DNA of 64,000 nucleotides, from assembly GCF_004010195.1 (NCBI RefSeq), contig NC_057719.1, positions 79,159,678 to 79,223,677 on the forward strand, read 5' to 3'. A model generated the notes under the pieces. It was not told the DNA's origin. It searched no databases and saw only the letters and a program-made list of their open reading frames with translations. The stretch is from Chiloscyllium plagiosum. Taxonomy: Eukaryota. The number at the start of each line of letters is the position of its first letter. The first letter of the stretch is position 1. Positions 24,632-38,554 of the stretch are shown piece by piece. The position numbers were made by a program, and so were the translations under genes.

Positions 24632-26547
24632 CTGTGCCCTCAGGTCCTCCCCTCTCTCACCATGCATCTTCCCAATGTCCACTCTGTACAGGCTGTTCGG
24701 TATTCTGAGAGTTTCAATCAGATTCCCCCCTCATTCTTCTAAACTCCATCGAGTATAGTCCCAGAGTCCTCCAACGTTCCTCATATGTTAAGCCTTTTAT
24801 TCCTGGGATCATTCTGTGAAGTCCTCTGGACCCACTCCAGGGCCAATACATCCTTCCTGAGGTATGGGGCCCAAAATTACTCGCAATACTCTTAAATGTG
24901 TTCTGACCAGAGCCTTTTAAATCCTCAGAAGTACTTTCCTGCGCTTGTATTTTCGTCCCCTCAAGATGAATAACAACATTGTATTTGCCTTCCTAATTAC
25001 TGACTCGACCGGCAAGTTGACCTTGAGAGAATCCTGAACTAGAATTCCCAAGTCCCTTCACACTCCAGATTGCTGAATTTCCCCCCCCATTTGGAAAATA
25101 GTCCATATCTCTCTTCTTCCTACCAAAGTGCATGACCTCACACCTTTCCACATTGTATTTCATCTGCCACTTTACCCACTCTCCTAACCTGTCCTAATCT
25201 TCCTGCAGCTTCCCTGCCTCCTCAGTGCTACCTGCCCTCCACCTATCTTTGTAACATCTGCAAACCTAGCCAGAATGGCTTCAATTCCTTCATCCACATC
25301 ATTAATGTATAAAGTGAAACATTGTGGTCCTAAAACTGATCTTTGCGGAACACCACTTGTCACCAACTGTCATCCTGAGAAGGACCCTTTTATCCCCACT
25401 CTCTGCCCTCTGCCAGGCAGCCAATCTTCTATCCATGTTGGTACCTTTCCTCTAACACCATGGGCCCTTATCTTACTCAGCAGCCTCCTGCACAGTACCT
25501 TATCTAAGGCCTTCTGAAAGTCCAGATAGATAACATCCATTGACTCTCCTTGGTTTAACCTGCTTGTTACCACCTCATAAGAGTTCTAACAGATTTGTCA
25601 GGCATGACCTCCTCTTGATGAAGGCCATCTTCCTGATCGATTCTCCTGTTCCTCGGATGCTGCCTGACCTGCTGTGCTTTTCCAGCACCATGCTCTCGAC
25701 TCTGATCTCCAGCCTCTGCAGTCCTCACTTTGTCGTCCTGATGAAATCATGTCCACTTAGCCCTATTTTACTGTGCGCTTTCCAATGTTCAGAAATCTAA
25801 TCCTTCACAATGGACTCCAAAACCTTACCAATGACTGAGGTCAGGCTATTCGGCCTGTAATTCTTTTGCTTTACTCTTTTCTTGAATGGGGGGGGTTATT
25901 AGCAATTTTCTGCAGATGCTCTGTGCTTCTGGCATTTTCTATGATTGCAACTTTTTCTCTTTGTGTAGAGGGCAGTGTAGAGAGCAGGCCAATTGCTGTT
26001 GGTGGCCTTGAAACTTTCTTAAATCGATGGAGATGTTGTGGATTCAAGAAAGCGTCAGGGCCATTCTCACCAGTACTTTGGTCAATCCTCGACCATTCTC
26101 ATTCCAGCCAACTCCCTCGATTTGCATTTCATGATTCTGTTTTTCTGGACCAGCTCCCTGACCAGCTTTTCACTCACTGTGAGTTCAGTCTTTGTTTAGC
26201 TGCAGTGTCTAAGGCAAACATGAGAAGAAAACATTCTTCCCAGAATAGAAAATGCGCCACCATTTATGTGCAGTCTGCCATTTTATTGTTTGTGAAGAGG
26301 TCTGAGGTTTTGTTTTTAAGGTCATGGCGGGCAATGAGACTTTATCTGGTTATTCTTACCTTGCTTTTAACGGAGCTGGTTGGATATCTCTAAAACGATA
26401 ATTCTGAGAGCACTTAATTGGCTGTGAAATTCATCTGGAAGTCCTGGGTGTATCAAATGGCTTTTTATTGTAAAAGATCTAAAGCTAGTGTGAAGTATTT
26501 GATGATCAAAAAGCAGAGATCTGGTATGCTAGAAATACTCATAACGT

Positions 26548-26997
26548 CATAAGAGCTGTACAGCATGGCAACAGACCCTTCAGTCCAACTCGTCCATGAC
26601 GACCAGGTATCCTAAATTAATCTAGTCCCATTTGCAAGCATTTGATCTATATCCTTCTAAATCCTTCCTATTCAACCTTTAAATGATGTAATTGTACCAC
26701 CTCCGCAACACTTCCTCTAGCCTATTCCATACAGGCCCCACATACTGTGTGAAAAAGCTGCCCCTTCGGTCCCTTTTAAATCTTTTTCTTCTCACTTTCA
26801 ACCTATGCCCTCTCTATGTGGACTCCCCTACCCTGGGGAAAAGGCCTTGACTATTCATCCTATCTATGCCCTTCATGATTTTATAAACCTCTTTAAGGTC
26901 ACCTCTCAGCCTCCGATACTTCAGGTAAAACAGCCCTAGCCTATTCAGCCTCTCCCTTGGCTCAAACCCTCCAACCCTGGGCAACATCCTTGTAAAT
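26548..26997 (-). mobile_element. CR1 3' fragment
   Basis: FTRMLP..ERLNRLGLF.L..RRLRGDLKEVYKIMKG. Confidence 0.85.
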
Positions 26998-28857
26998 TCA
27001 GGAAGCAACTCTGGCGAGAGGAACTGAGTCAATGTCTCAGGTCATCAGTACTAAGAGACGTTGTCTCCTGTACTAACTGAGGACTTCCTTTTTTTTTCCC
27101 CCCCTTTCTCACACGCTCAAAGCCTTTTAAGTTTTTCAGTTCCCATTTACGCCTACTCTCTCCCAACCTCTGACTCAATTCTTCCATTCCCACATTCTCC
27201 CATTCACCTCTTCCAACCCCTGACCTACCTGCTTACCCCTTCGCTCTGTCAACCATCCATCCCCTGACCCTCACACTTGCCACATTGACCCCTCTTTGCT
27301 TGCTGCCTGTGTTACCATTCCGCACCCACGTCCCCGTTGTGAGCGATGGTTTGAGGGAGGGTGGCTGTGAGGGAGGATCAGTGAGTGGGGAGGTTCAGGA
27401 TAGGGAAGTGGCAAGTGGGGCAAGAAAGGAACATGGGATGTAGGAGCAGGAATCGGCTGAGATCATGGCTGATATTTTTGTGGACTCAGCTCCACAAACT
27501 CGCCTGCTCACCATAACCTTTAAATTCCTTTACTGTTCAAAAACCTACCTTTGCCTTAAAAACGTTCAACAAGGTAGCCTCAACTGCTTCACTGGGCTGG
27601 GAATTCCACAGATTCACAATCCTTTGGGTGAAGAAGTTCCTCTTCAACTCAGCCCTAAATCTGATCCTCCTCATTTTGAGGCTGTTTTCCCCCCCCATTC
27701 TAGTTTCACTCACCTATGGAAACATCCTCTTAACTTCTATCTTATCTATTCCCTTCATAATTTTATATATTTCTGTAAGATTCCCCCTCATTCTTCTAAA
27801 TTCCAATGAGTATAGTCAATGGATTAAATGTGATGCTCGAGCATGTTTGAGCCAGTTCAGTTCAAGGCAGTCAATACATTTTTAATATCAGTGACCAAGC
27901 AGAACATCACCCACTTTTTTGTTTGATGTTTTCTTAAGAAAAGTGATCTTTGTTCCACCTCGTTACATTTAACACCACCTTTTGGACAGCAGCAGAAGTG
28001 AAAAACGAATGTTAGCTGTGTTCAACAGTTTGTAAAGTGCTTTGAGATATCCACTGGTCATGCCAACATATAAGTCTAATAAACAAAAATAGAAAGTGCT
28101 GGAGAAGCTCGGCAGATCTGTAGAGAGAAATCAGAGTTAATGTTTCGGGTCAAGTGACCCTCCCTTGGAACTGATGGTAGATAGGAAAATGTCGGTTTTT
28201 AGAGTGGAGAGAGACGGTAAGGAGTTAACGACAGATGGGGATAGAGCCCAAAAAGAGAGAAGAACAGTTGGACAGACAAAAAGAATGGATAACAATCTGG
28301 CGAGGAGCGTGAAAAGCTATGTGGGGACTTCATAAAAAAAGGTTTTATTTAATTTTTTTTTGAAGAGAATTGGCAGTGCTTTTAGTAAGGACAAAACATA
28401 TTAATTAGCATGTGTACCTAACAGCACAGGAGTGCAGACAGTGGTTTATGAGCTCTGTTTTGAGTCAGGTAGCATCTAGTTAGAATGCCGCAGGCAATGT
28501 GAGGGTGGGGGCAGCCTTGACGGAGCAGCTGGTCTGTTCCTTTCTTATCTTTTATGTCTGCTTTCTGATCCTGTTGCCTCTGCTGGATACACGCTGCAAG
28601 TTGGAGATCTGGTTCCAGTTAATGAACAGAGGTCCTTACCACGCTGATCCGGTTCTAAAGCCGCTTTCATTCAAGTCATTAACGGGCGGGTCAGACTTGT
28701 AATCCAGCCTCCAGTTCCAATGCAGGATTTAAACACTCTGGTTTAATCGGAGTATTGACATGAAAATCCATGTGGTCCAAGCAGTCTTTTTTTTTTGTGT
28801 GGTTTAATGCCTTGTTATTTTGAGTTCTTTACAGACGGGTCAAGGAGCAGGCAAAGT

Positions 28858-29200
28858 CATAGTCCTAGAGCTATAGAGATGTACTGCATGCAAACAGACT
28901 CTTCGGTCCAGTCAGTCCATGCCGACTAGATATCCCAACCCAACCTAGTCCCACCTGCCAGCACCCGGCCCATGTCCCTCCAAACCCTTCCTATTCATAT
29001 ACCCATCCAAATGGCTCTTAAATGTTGCAATTGTACCAGCTTCCAACACTTTCTCTGGCAGCTCATTCCATACACGTACCACTCTCTGCGTGAATAAGTT
29101 GCCCCATAGGTCTCTTTTATATCTTTCCCCTCTCACCCTAAACCTATGCCCTCTAGTTCTGGACTCCTCGACCCCAGGGAAAAGACTTTGCCTATTTACC
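28858..29200 (-). mobile_element. CR1 3' fragment
   Basis: SRTRGHRFRV..FTQRVVRVWNELP..FKSHLD. Confidence 0.88.
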
Positions 29201-30309
29201 GGACTGTCTTCAGATTTAGACTTCAAAGTTGCACTTTGTTATACTTGCATACAAAATAGTTATATCAGGCTCTGACTTCCATTATCTAGGCATTGAACTC
29301 TCTTCTTTGCACATTCATGTCTAAATACCCCCTGAGTTTTCTTTCGGTATAGTGTTCTAATCCAGCCCGCGCTGTGTTAATTGATGTGCAGTGCCATGAC
29401 ATCATCACAAGATTACTCCAGGGTCTGGAAGCTGTTGCGTAATACTTCAGATTCTCTTCTATAATTTTAACAAAAATATCTTTGGGCTGTGGATATTGCT
29501 GACAAATGCAACATTTGTTGCCCTTCCCTTTGTTATCCTTGATTAGACCACTTCACAAGGCGGTTAATAGGCAACGACATGGCTGCTGGTATGGAGTCAC
29601 ATGTAGGCCAGATCAGGTAAGGGTGGACACTTTCCTTCCGTCAAGGGACATAAATGCACCAGATGAGATTTTTCAACAATTGACAATGTTTTCATGGTCG
29701 CCGTTACCAAGACTAACTTTCAATTTTAAACTTCATTCACTAAAATTAAACCCCCTGCTGCTGTTTTGGAATTTGCAGTCTAATTTCAGACTGCAGAAAT
29801 TAGTCTGAGACATTGTCCTAACACTATTATCCTGCTCAAGAGTACTTATTGATTGATATTAGAATTGCCAATAGGTTACAGAACTGGAAAGTATGAAGAA
29901 TACAGGAATAGGAATAGGCCAGAAAGCTCCTTGTGCTGGTTCCTTCATTGCATTAGATTCCAGTCATCTACTCCTTGCTTTCATTGAAACATCTTTGTCC
30001 CCAAGCTGATAATACCATTGTTTAATAAAAATGCATCCATCTCAACTTTGACATTTTCAATTGCTGCTCACTGCTCCCCACAACCCTTGGAGAGGGATAG
30101 CGTTGCAGATTCCTGGTCCCCTATGTGTGAGAAAGTGACCCCCAACAGCAATCTTGAATGGCCTGGCTCCCCAAGTTCTGCTACATTTTGTTCTTGTCCT
30201 CTCACTTTCAAAAACTATTCTTTCAGTCGTACAGCAAAAGTTGCAGTGTCTAGCATCAGTTTGGTGTGTCGCTTGCCCTTCAGTTGCATCATTACACTGG
30301 TCTTTACAG

Positions 30310-30625
30310 TGGGTGGCACATAGTGAGCACTGCAGACTCTCAGCACTAGGGACCTGGGTTTGAATCTACCCTCGGTTAACTGTCTCTCAGGAGCTTGAAC
30401 CCCTGTACCTGCATGGGTTTCCTCTGGGTGCTCCAGTTTCCTCCTACGGTCCAAAAATGTGCATGCTAAATTACCCATAGTGTCCAGGGATGTGCAGGCT
30501 GGGTGGAATAGCCATGGGAATGGCTGAGTTATGGGGATAGAATAGGAGGAGGGTTGGGTATGCACTTCAAACCGTCTGTGTTGACTCATTGGGCCGAATG
30601 ACCAGCTTCTGCACTTCCACATTCT
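30310..30625 (+). mobile_element. V-SINE copy (diverged)
   Basis: Degenerate head and central domain. Confidence 0.7.
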
Positions 30626-31668
30626 GTGAAAATGTTAGGATCCAAATGTGATGATTTTATCAAACTTTAAGTGACCAACCAGAACCTGAGAGATTGTAAC
30701 CGTTAGGAATCGTGGGAACTGGGACAAGATTCTTTTCTCTCCAAAGAAAAGAATAATGAGGCACTGAAGAAATTTGCAACCATTTTCTTTTTCATGTAGA
30801 GGGATAGCAGATCTCCAGAGATGACCTGATGAAGGTTTTTAGAAGTTATGACTGTGTTTGATGGGCCAGACATCGAGATGTTTCCGCTTGTGGGAGAATC
30901 CAGAAGCGTTGGTCATAAATAGAGGACAGTCACTCATGAATCCGACAAGCAGCACAGAAGAGGATTCTTTAGTTGGAAAGTGATAAGAATGTGAAACTTT
31001 TGGAATAGCTGAACTAAATTACGTAGGTGCACTGAAGGAGCAGTTTGAGCTACAAAGTGAGGAAGAGTAGAATAGATGGATTATGCAGTTGGGCTGATGT
31101 CCTTGGAGTTGGAAACACTGTGGGCGATGCCATGTTTTGGTCATTGAAGTGGATGTCACCCCATTTCTTCCTTCAATGAAGAGTGGTGGGACTTCTCCCT
31201 AGTGTCAAGGCTGATGTTCCACCCTCCGCAAACTGTGCAGTTCAGCTTGTCGCTGTGTGCAGGAGCTTACTGGCAGAAGGTAGCTGACCATTTCAATTAA
31301 ACACTTCAATAATCCAGCTTCCTGTATCCTAACACGCATCCAGTCCTCTTTATCTACCACCATGACTCTGCTTATTGGTCTACAGTAGCCTTTGATGGAC
31401 AACCTCTCAGTAAAACTCTGATCCAAATTAGGAAGTTGCTGGAGGGACTCAGCAGAATTGGCTGCATCTGAAGAGAGAGAAAGTATTTTTGGGTCCACTA
31501 ACCCTCCTTCACTACATCTATTTTAGAAATCTGATGTTTGTGTTCAAATTCCCCCAGGAGCTTGCTCTTTCTGATTCCAGCAACCATCTCCAACACTGTT
31601 GCTCTAATCTCCAGAGTTGGCCTCTTGTATGTCCCTGATTTTCATTGCTTCCCTTTTGCTTTCACCTG

Positions 31669-32270
31669 AGGAATTGGGAGGTCATGTTACGGCTGCACAG
31701 GATATTGGTTAGGCCACATTTGGAATATTGTGTTCCATTCTGGTCTCCCTGCTATTGGAAGGATGTCGTGAAACTTGAAAGGGTTCGGAAAAGATTTACA
31801 AGGATGTTGCCAGGGTTGGAGGGTTTGAGCTACAGGGAGAGGCTGAACAGGCTGGGGCTGTTTTTCCCTGGAGCGTCAGAGGCGGAGGGTGACCTTATAG
31901 AGGTTTATAAAATCATGAGGGGCATGGATAACGGTAAATAGACAAGGTCTTTCCCCGGGGTGGGGGAGTCCAAAACTAAAGGGATAGATTTAGTGTGAGG
32001 GGGGGAAATATTTAAAAGGGACCTAAGGGGCAAACATTTCATGCAGTGGATGGTGCGTGTGTGGAACGAGCTGCCAGAGGAAGTGGGGGAGGCTGGTACA
32101 ATTACAGCATTTAAAAGGCATCTGGATGAGTATATGAATAGGAAGAGTTTAGAGGGATATCGGCCAAATGCTGGCAAATGGGACTAGATTAGGTTAGGAT
32201 ATCTGGTCAGCATGGAAGAGTTGGACCGAAGGGTCTATTTCTGTGCTGTACATCTCTATAACTCCATGAC
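31669..32270 (+). mobile_element. CR1 3' fragment
   Basis: LVRPHLEYCVPFWSP..LERVRKRFTRMLPGLEGLSYRERLNRLGLF. Confidence 0.9.
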
Positions 32271-34239
32271 TAGACCCTAAGTTCTGAATTCCCTCCTCTA
32301 CCTGCCGTCCACAAGTTTTATCATTTAAGATGCTCCTTTGACAAACTTTTAGTCATTTATCCGAATATCCCTATGTTCAATCATTTCGGATGTGAAATAC
32401 TTCAAGATGACTTGGCCTATTAATGCGTCTATATAAACACCAGTTTCTGTTTGCTGTTGAAATTATGCTGCTTGAGTGAGAGTGTCAGTCACAGTATTTT
32501 TGTTGTCTCTCTTTCACCCTCTATTCCACATAACTATGTTTTGCCACATTGAGGGTGTGGTATGGAAATCTACCAAGTCATTACTCAGAACCTGTTCCAC
32601 CACAAACAGGATTCAAGGTAAGTAATTAGAGACTGCTACAGATGTGATGCGAATGGGTGAGAGCTTCAGAGGACTGAGATTCTGGGCACCTAGGCTACGT
32701 GCATAGGTAGAACATGTTGTTGTGGCTACTGCACTTCCCCATTGTTCTGCACATAATGTCCTGATTAACCTAAACTTAGCATTGATGTCATTGAGAACTG
32801 ATTTCAGTCAACAATCTTCATCAGTCCCACCTGCTGTATAATTACAGTTTGAGGATGATGCTGGATTGCCCTCCATTTTGGTCTCTGACCTCCATTTTTA
32901 ACAATGCGAATCAGGGGGGTCTTTGAGATGTAGTGAGGACTAAGCAGTGAGCAGCTCTTCCACTGAGGACCATACCACACCCAGGGCCCATTTTCCATGG
33001 GGTGTACCTGTTTTGTTTAAATAGAGCATCATTTGGAAAGGATTAGCAGTGAGAGGTTTAGCTACCATTTAGAACTTGGTAAAACAAATGGAAGAAACAA
33101 AGACGTCTTTTGCAAAACTTGATACGTTTGAAAGCAGCTTAAACGAAAGGAGATTAAGTACTTTGGAAGTGTTGCAATTTAAAGTGTTGGCGCCAGTATA
33201 TTCTGGCAAAGAACTCCCTATAAACAGCAATATGGTAATGACCAAAGGCACTGTTTCAGTGAAGATAAATATGAGGCAGGGCTGTAGACAGCTTCCCTAT
33301 TCTTTGAATGCAAGCATTTTCTTTTAAATGCTCATTTGAGGGGCAGGCAAGATGAGATTCAACATCATATCTAAAAGGCAAAGAGCGAACTCCCATTTTA
33401 CATAACGTCTGTGAAGATTTCCGGGTGTCCAGTGTGCTTTGTATTTTCTGAAATTCAGACATTGTCAAAGAGGAAACAGCAGTTAATTAATGTACAGGAA
33501 GATCCCACATATACTAATGACTTGATCAACTGTCTCTGGTGCAGTGCTCCCTTCTATTAGACTGAAGGGTCACTCTCACAGTTAAGTGGTCAGTAAAAGA
33601 CTCATTGATGACTGATACTAGGGAAGATCTTCACACAAAGCAATAATATCCAGCTGATCTCTTCGGGGGCTGTTACTTTGATCCTCCTGCCATTGTATCT
33701 GTTCTGTCAAACTATGTCTTGTACTCCAAAAATGATGTACAAGAATATAATTTTTGTGTCAAAGGTGCAAGATAAAGACAGACTGCTAATGAGAAGTAAT
33801 GTTTGTCGATCTAACTTTCTCTAGACGATAATTGTAAATATTGGGCATGTGTGTGGTTTTCTTTGGTGTGGGACCTGATGCCAGGTACACCTTCCTTGCT
33901 CTTCATTTTAAAAGTTTATGCCTTTATCATATAATCGTTTTCTCCCATTTTTTTGTGAAGGTCTTTGTGGTGAGACAAACCAATCTGCTCAGTTGTCTCG
34001 AGTGCATAGTACCTGAGGGCAGTGACTAGTTTCCTGGAGAGATGTAATTACATATACTCCCAGGATAATTCTGTCAGAAAATCTTTCATGACTTTAAAAC
34101 ACATAAGCAAACTCAGTGCTTAATGAGGGTGCATTGGGTTTTTAATGCCAAACAAGTATGTATATCGAAATCGATGTCTCAACAAAATTAAACCAAGGGA
34201 TTTGATTCACTTTCAATATATCTGAATGTTAAAACAAAA

Positions 34240-35085
34240 GACCATAAGCACCTGAATTAGGCCATTCAGCCCATCCAGAATGCTTTACTGTTCAGTCGTG
34301 GATGATATGTTTCTCAACCCCATTTTCCTCTGCCCCGTAGCCCTTGATTCCCTTACTAATCAAGAACCTATCCATCTCTGTCCTAAATATACTCAATTTG
34401 ACAATGCTCTGCGGCAATGAGTTCCACAGATTCCTCACCCTCTGGCTGAAAGATTGTGCCTTCATTCTGAGGCTGTGCCCTACTAGAGGAAACATCCTCT
34501 CCACATACGCTCTATCCAGACCTCTCAGTATCCTATCCAGTTTCAATCATATCTCACCCCTTCATCCTTCTAAATTCCAAGTACAGACCTAGAGTCCTCA
34601 ATGGCTCCTCATATGACAAGCCTTTGATCCAGAGGATCACTCTCTTGTAAATCTCCTCTGGACCCCTTCCAGTGCCAGCACATTCTCCCTTAAATGCGGG
34701 GCCCAAAACTGCTCACAACATTCCAAATACAGTTTTACCAGAGCCTTCTACAGCCTCAGCAGTACAACTCTGCTCTTGCATTTTAGCCCTCTCGAAATGA
34801 AGCCAAACATTGCATTTGCCTTCCTGACTGCCAACTGAATCTGCATATTATCCTTCAGAAGACACCTAAGTTCCTTCATGTTTTGGGTTTCCACAGCCTT
34901 TCTCTGGTTAGAAAATAGTCTACACCTTCGCTCTTCCTACCAAAGTGCACAGCCTCACACTTTCCCATATTCTGTTTCATTTGCCAATTCTTTGTCCCAT
35001 TCTCCTCACCTTTCCAACCCCTTCTGGACCCTGCCCTCTTCCTCAACACTACCTGGTCCTCCACCTATCTTTGCATCATGCTCAC
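34240..35085 (-). mobile_element. CR1 3' fragment
   Basis: NWQMK.N.GKCEAVHFGRK and SFSQRVRNLWNSLP. Confidence 0.8.
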
Positions 35086-35556
35086 GTTAGAGTTTTCATC
35101 AAAGAAATCTATTTGCATTTCATTGAAAGCCATGAGTGAGAGCAATCTTTTGGATATTTGATTTCCAGTTGTCTGTTTGCTTGCCTTTACTATAAGGTCA
35201 TAGTGAAAACTGGAGTTTGGACATAGATGGTTTCAGACTGTCAAAATAAGTTGAACGTTGTGTCGGAAGATTCTGTAACGTCTGAATAACTCAACCTGTA
35301 ATAAATCTTAATTGGTAGTTTTAGGCTGTAATGTGTAGCCTAGCAGATGAAGCAGGTGGGATTGACTAGTGTTCTGCTGTATCCCTGATGCCAAGATGGA
35401 ATTGTTTCACCTGAAGAGTACTGAATCTGTAGAACTCTTTTCACCGCAGAGAACTGTTGAAGCTGTATTGCTAAGTGTATTCAAGGCTGAGCCAGACAAA
35501 TATTAATCAGTGAGGGAATCGAGGGTTAAGGCAAGAAAGTGGAGTTGAGGATTGGA

Positions 35557-35858
35557 TAGCACGGTGGCTCAGTGGGTTAGCACTGCTGCCTGTCAGCACC
35601 AGGGACCCAGGTTCGATTCCGCCCTCAGGCAACTGTCTGTGTAGGGTTTATGCATGCTCCCAGTGTCTGTGTGGGTTTCCTCTGGGTGCTCCGGTTTCCT
35701 CCCACAGTCCAAAGAGGTGCAGGTTAGGTGAATTGGCCATGAGAAATGCAGGGTAAAAGGGATAGGGGAAGGGAGTGGGTCTAGGTGGAATGCTCTTCAG
35801 AGGGTCTGTGTGGACTTGATGGGCCGAATGACCTGCTTCCACACTGTAGGGATTCTGT
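35557..35858 (+). mobile_element. V-SINE copy
   Basis: Head, B box ggttcgattcc, central domain and tail. Confidence 0.85.
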
Positions 35859-38554
35859 GATTACCAGATGATCTGAGTGGTGGAGCAGCCTCAATGGACT
35901 GAGTGGCCTACTTCTGTACCTATTCTTATGGTCAATAAATTACAGTTTGAAAAGAAAGCATTGTGTAGCAAGTGCTGAAGGTCTGAAATGCAAACGGGAG
36001 CAGTGGAGAGACTCAAGCCATGAGTATGACAGCAGTTTGTTTGGACACTTGGTGGTGGAGGCTGGAAATTCGAAGATGGCCAAATAGTCTGGTCTTTTTT
36101 GGGGACCCTGACACAACTATGTCTGTCGGCAGTACTAAGTAGCATTGGGGCAAGTTCCCCTTTGAGAGGTGAGATCCTGTCTCCAAGGGCTGTGGGCCAA
36201 TTGGAGCAGCAGCTGGGATCACGCCCAGTCTGAAGCAGCAACTTGGAGGGTGGGGCTGGGTAAGTGGAGCCAGTCATGCTGGAGAGTCAGTGGGTAGGGA
36301 CTTTGTTGTAGGTCAGACAGAGGCGAGGAGCCTGGTTTGACCACTTGACCCCTCAGTTCTGTTCAGCCTGATCTGATTGTGGGCTAACCCCACTTTTTCT
36401 TGTCTACTCCCCTGTAACCCTTCACTCCCTTGTCTATCAAATATTGATTGAACTCCATCTTGAAAAAACTTAATGACCCAGTTTGGACTACTGTCAGGGG
36501 AAGAGAATTTCACAGACCAGCAAACCTCTGAGAGAAGACCATTCCTCCTTGAATAGCCATCTTAAAAGAGAAACCACCTCCCCTCCAGCCATGTCTCTTT
36601 AGTAAGTGGGAACATCCTCCTGTCAAGTCCCCTCAGAATCTCGTGTGTCTCAATAGAATAGCCCCTCGTTTGTCTAAATCCCAATAGGTGAAGGCCCAAT
36701 CTGCCCAACCATGCTGCCTTAGAAAAGCTGGATCTGTGTGGGAGTTGGCGTGTGAGAGCTGGGGCTGCTGGTTCCACGAGGTTAGTTCTGCCTCCCCCAA
36801 CCCCCACCGCCACCGCACCCGTTCAGTAGTCCTCTGAGCAAAGGAAAAGGCCATTCTCAACCTTGCCCACCTCCTGTGATAATTGCCCATTGCTGAGTAG
36901 GCATCAGACACACCATCTATCCCATTCTAATGTTGTACCTTCACACCCCTCAGCTCCCAGCTGGGAGACGGATTTATAATGTGAAAGATACACAATGAAG
37001 AGGCGAGCCTTGGCCTGGGTTAGGTATGAGGAAACAATTGCCTTCCCATGCGTGTGCGGCAGATCGACATCAGCTGCTCTGTTTCGGTTGGGCAGCTACG
37101 GATGTAGTGATGACAAGCCTCTGAGCTTCCTGGAGGAAATGGCAGAGGCAGTGAGATCCCAATAGTGACTTGGTGTGATCCATGGGAGATGAGGCTCCCT
37201 GCTGCCAATTGCTGTATTCTCTACAGGCAAAGTGCTGTCAGACATGAAGCATTTTTGAGTCCTGAGTATTAGGTTTACTTTTGTGAGATTCCCAATGGGT
37301 TTCTAAGCCTGGGAGAGTAGTCTGCGTCTGGATGCTAAATGCGAAGATATCTTTACGCAATATTTAAATGGCCTTTAGATTATGACAGTTATACAAACAC
37401 CAGCTGACTCGAGATAAATACTGGGTTATGCTGCCAAGAAGCCAATGGCTTTATAAACTGAAACAAGAAGTAGTTAATGTGTAGACACGAAATCTAATCA
37501 GTTATTTGGTCATTGACCCAGACTTAAAACATCATCATTGTCCCTATCTTTCACTACTACTAGTGATTCATGCAGTCTGATGGAATCTCCCTGTGCCAAT
37601 TCTCCATTTGAAGTGAAACAAAAATAGTAACTTGCTTTCCGATAGTGCCTTTTTAATCTCATGAAATGTCAAAAAAAGGAGTCATAGAGATGTGCAGCAT
37701 GGAAACAGACCCTTCAGTCCAATCCGTCTGTGCTGACCAGATATCCCAACCCAATCTAGTCCTGCCTGCCAGTACCCGGCCCATATCCCTCCAAACCCTT
37801 CCTATTCATATATACCCATCCAAATGCCTCTTAAATGTTGCAATTGTACCAGCCTCCACTACATCCTATTCTGAAGAACATAATTGGAAAGATTTTGGTA
37901 CTGAACCACTTGAGATGTTGTTGGAAGGTGATCAAAGCAGAGTGAAAGAGATAATTCTTTTAAGGGAGAGTATTCGAGAAGCAGATATGAGAAAAGGATA
38001 GCATGAGATATAGTCCTTGGAGCTGGAGGTATGGCTGCCAGTGGTGGATGTGCATGAGGTACTGAGATTTTGTGCAGGGTTGGAGAAGGTTCTAGAGATG
38101 GTGAGGGGTGAGAGCGCCATGGTTGAAAATGTTAAGATTGGAACCATCACAGGATTATGTAGGTATTCGAGCAGGATGCAGGGTGAATTGAACATTGCTA
38201 AATCTAGCTTCAACTTTGTTAGTGCTCCACTGACTGACCTCCCTTTTCATATCCCCTGTCAACTTCAATGCATTGAAAGCTCTTCTGCATTCACCTGACT
38301 TGCACAAAGAGCACTGGTGATGGTTTGTGTTGTAGCTGGGCATTTGGAAGCCTGTTCAAATGTAGTTGAGATTGACTAACTTGGCTCCAACATTTTGGGG
38401 GAAAAAAAATCCCTTATTCTGCATTGCTACGGTGGAAGACCTCCACAGAAAGCTTGGGCTATTTCTGCCTCTGACCATTCATCCTGATCGTAGTGTCAGA
38501 CTTTTTTTCAATTCAAAGATTTCTTGTAAACTGTGTTGGAATGTCTGTGCAGGT

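Larger units (their letters stand above)
23570..25900 (-). mobile_element. CR1 LINE RT/3' fragment interrupted by a PLE (23845-24631) and a short PLE-type insert (~25635-25735)
   Basis: DVIYLDFQKALDKV..LLSKI and VTSGVPQRSVLGP..FTLYIND..FADVTKIGG RT motifs. Confidence 0.88.

Noticed and set aside
29772..29810. Short overlapping palindromes (tgcagtctaatttcagactgcagaaattagtctg)
   Set aside because: Too short and isolated. Likely a local template-switch scar with no evidence of function.
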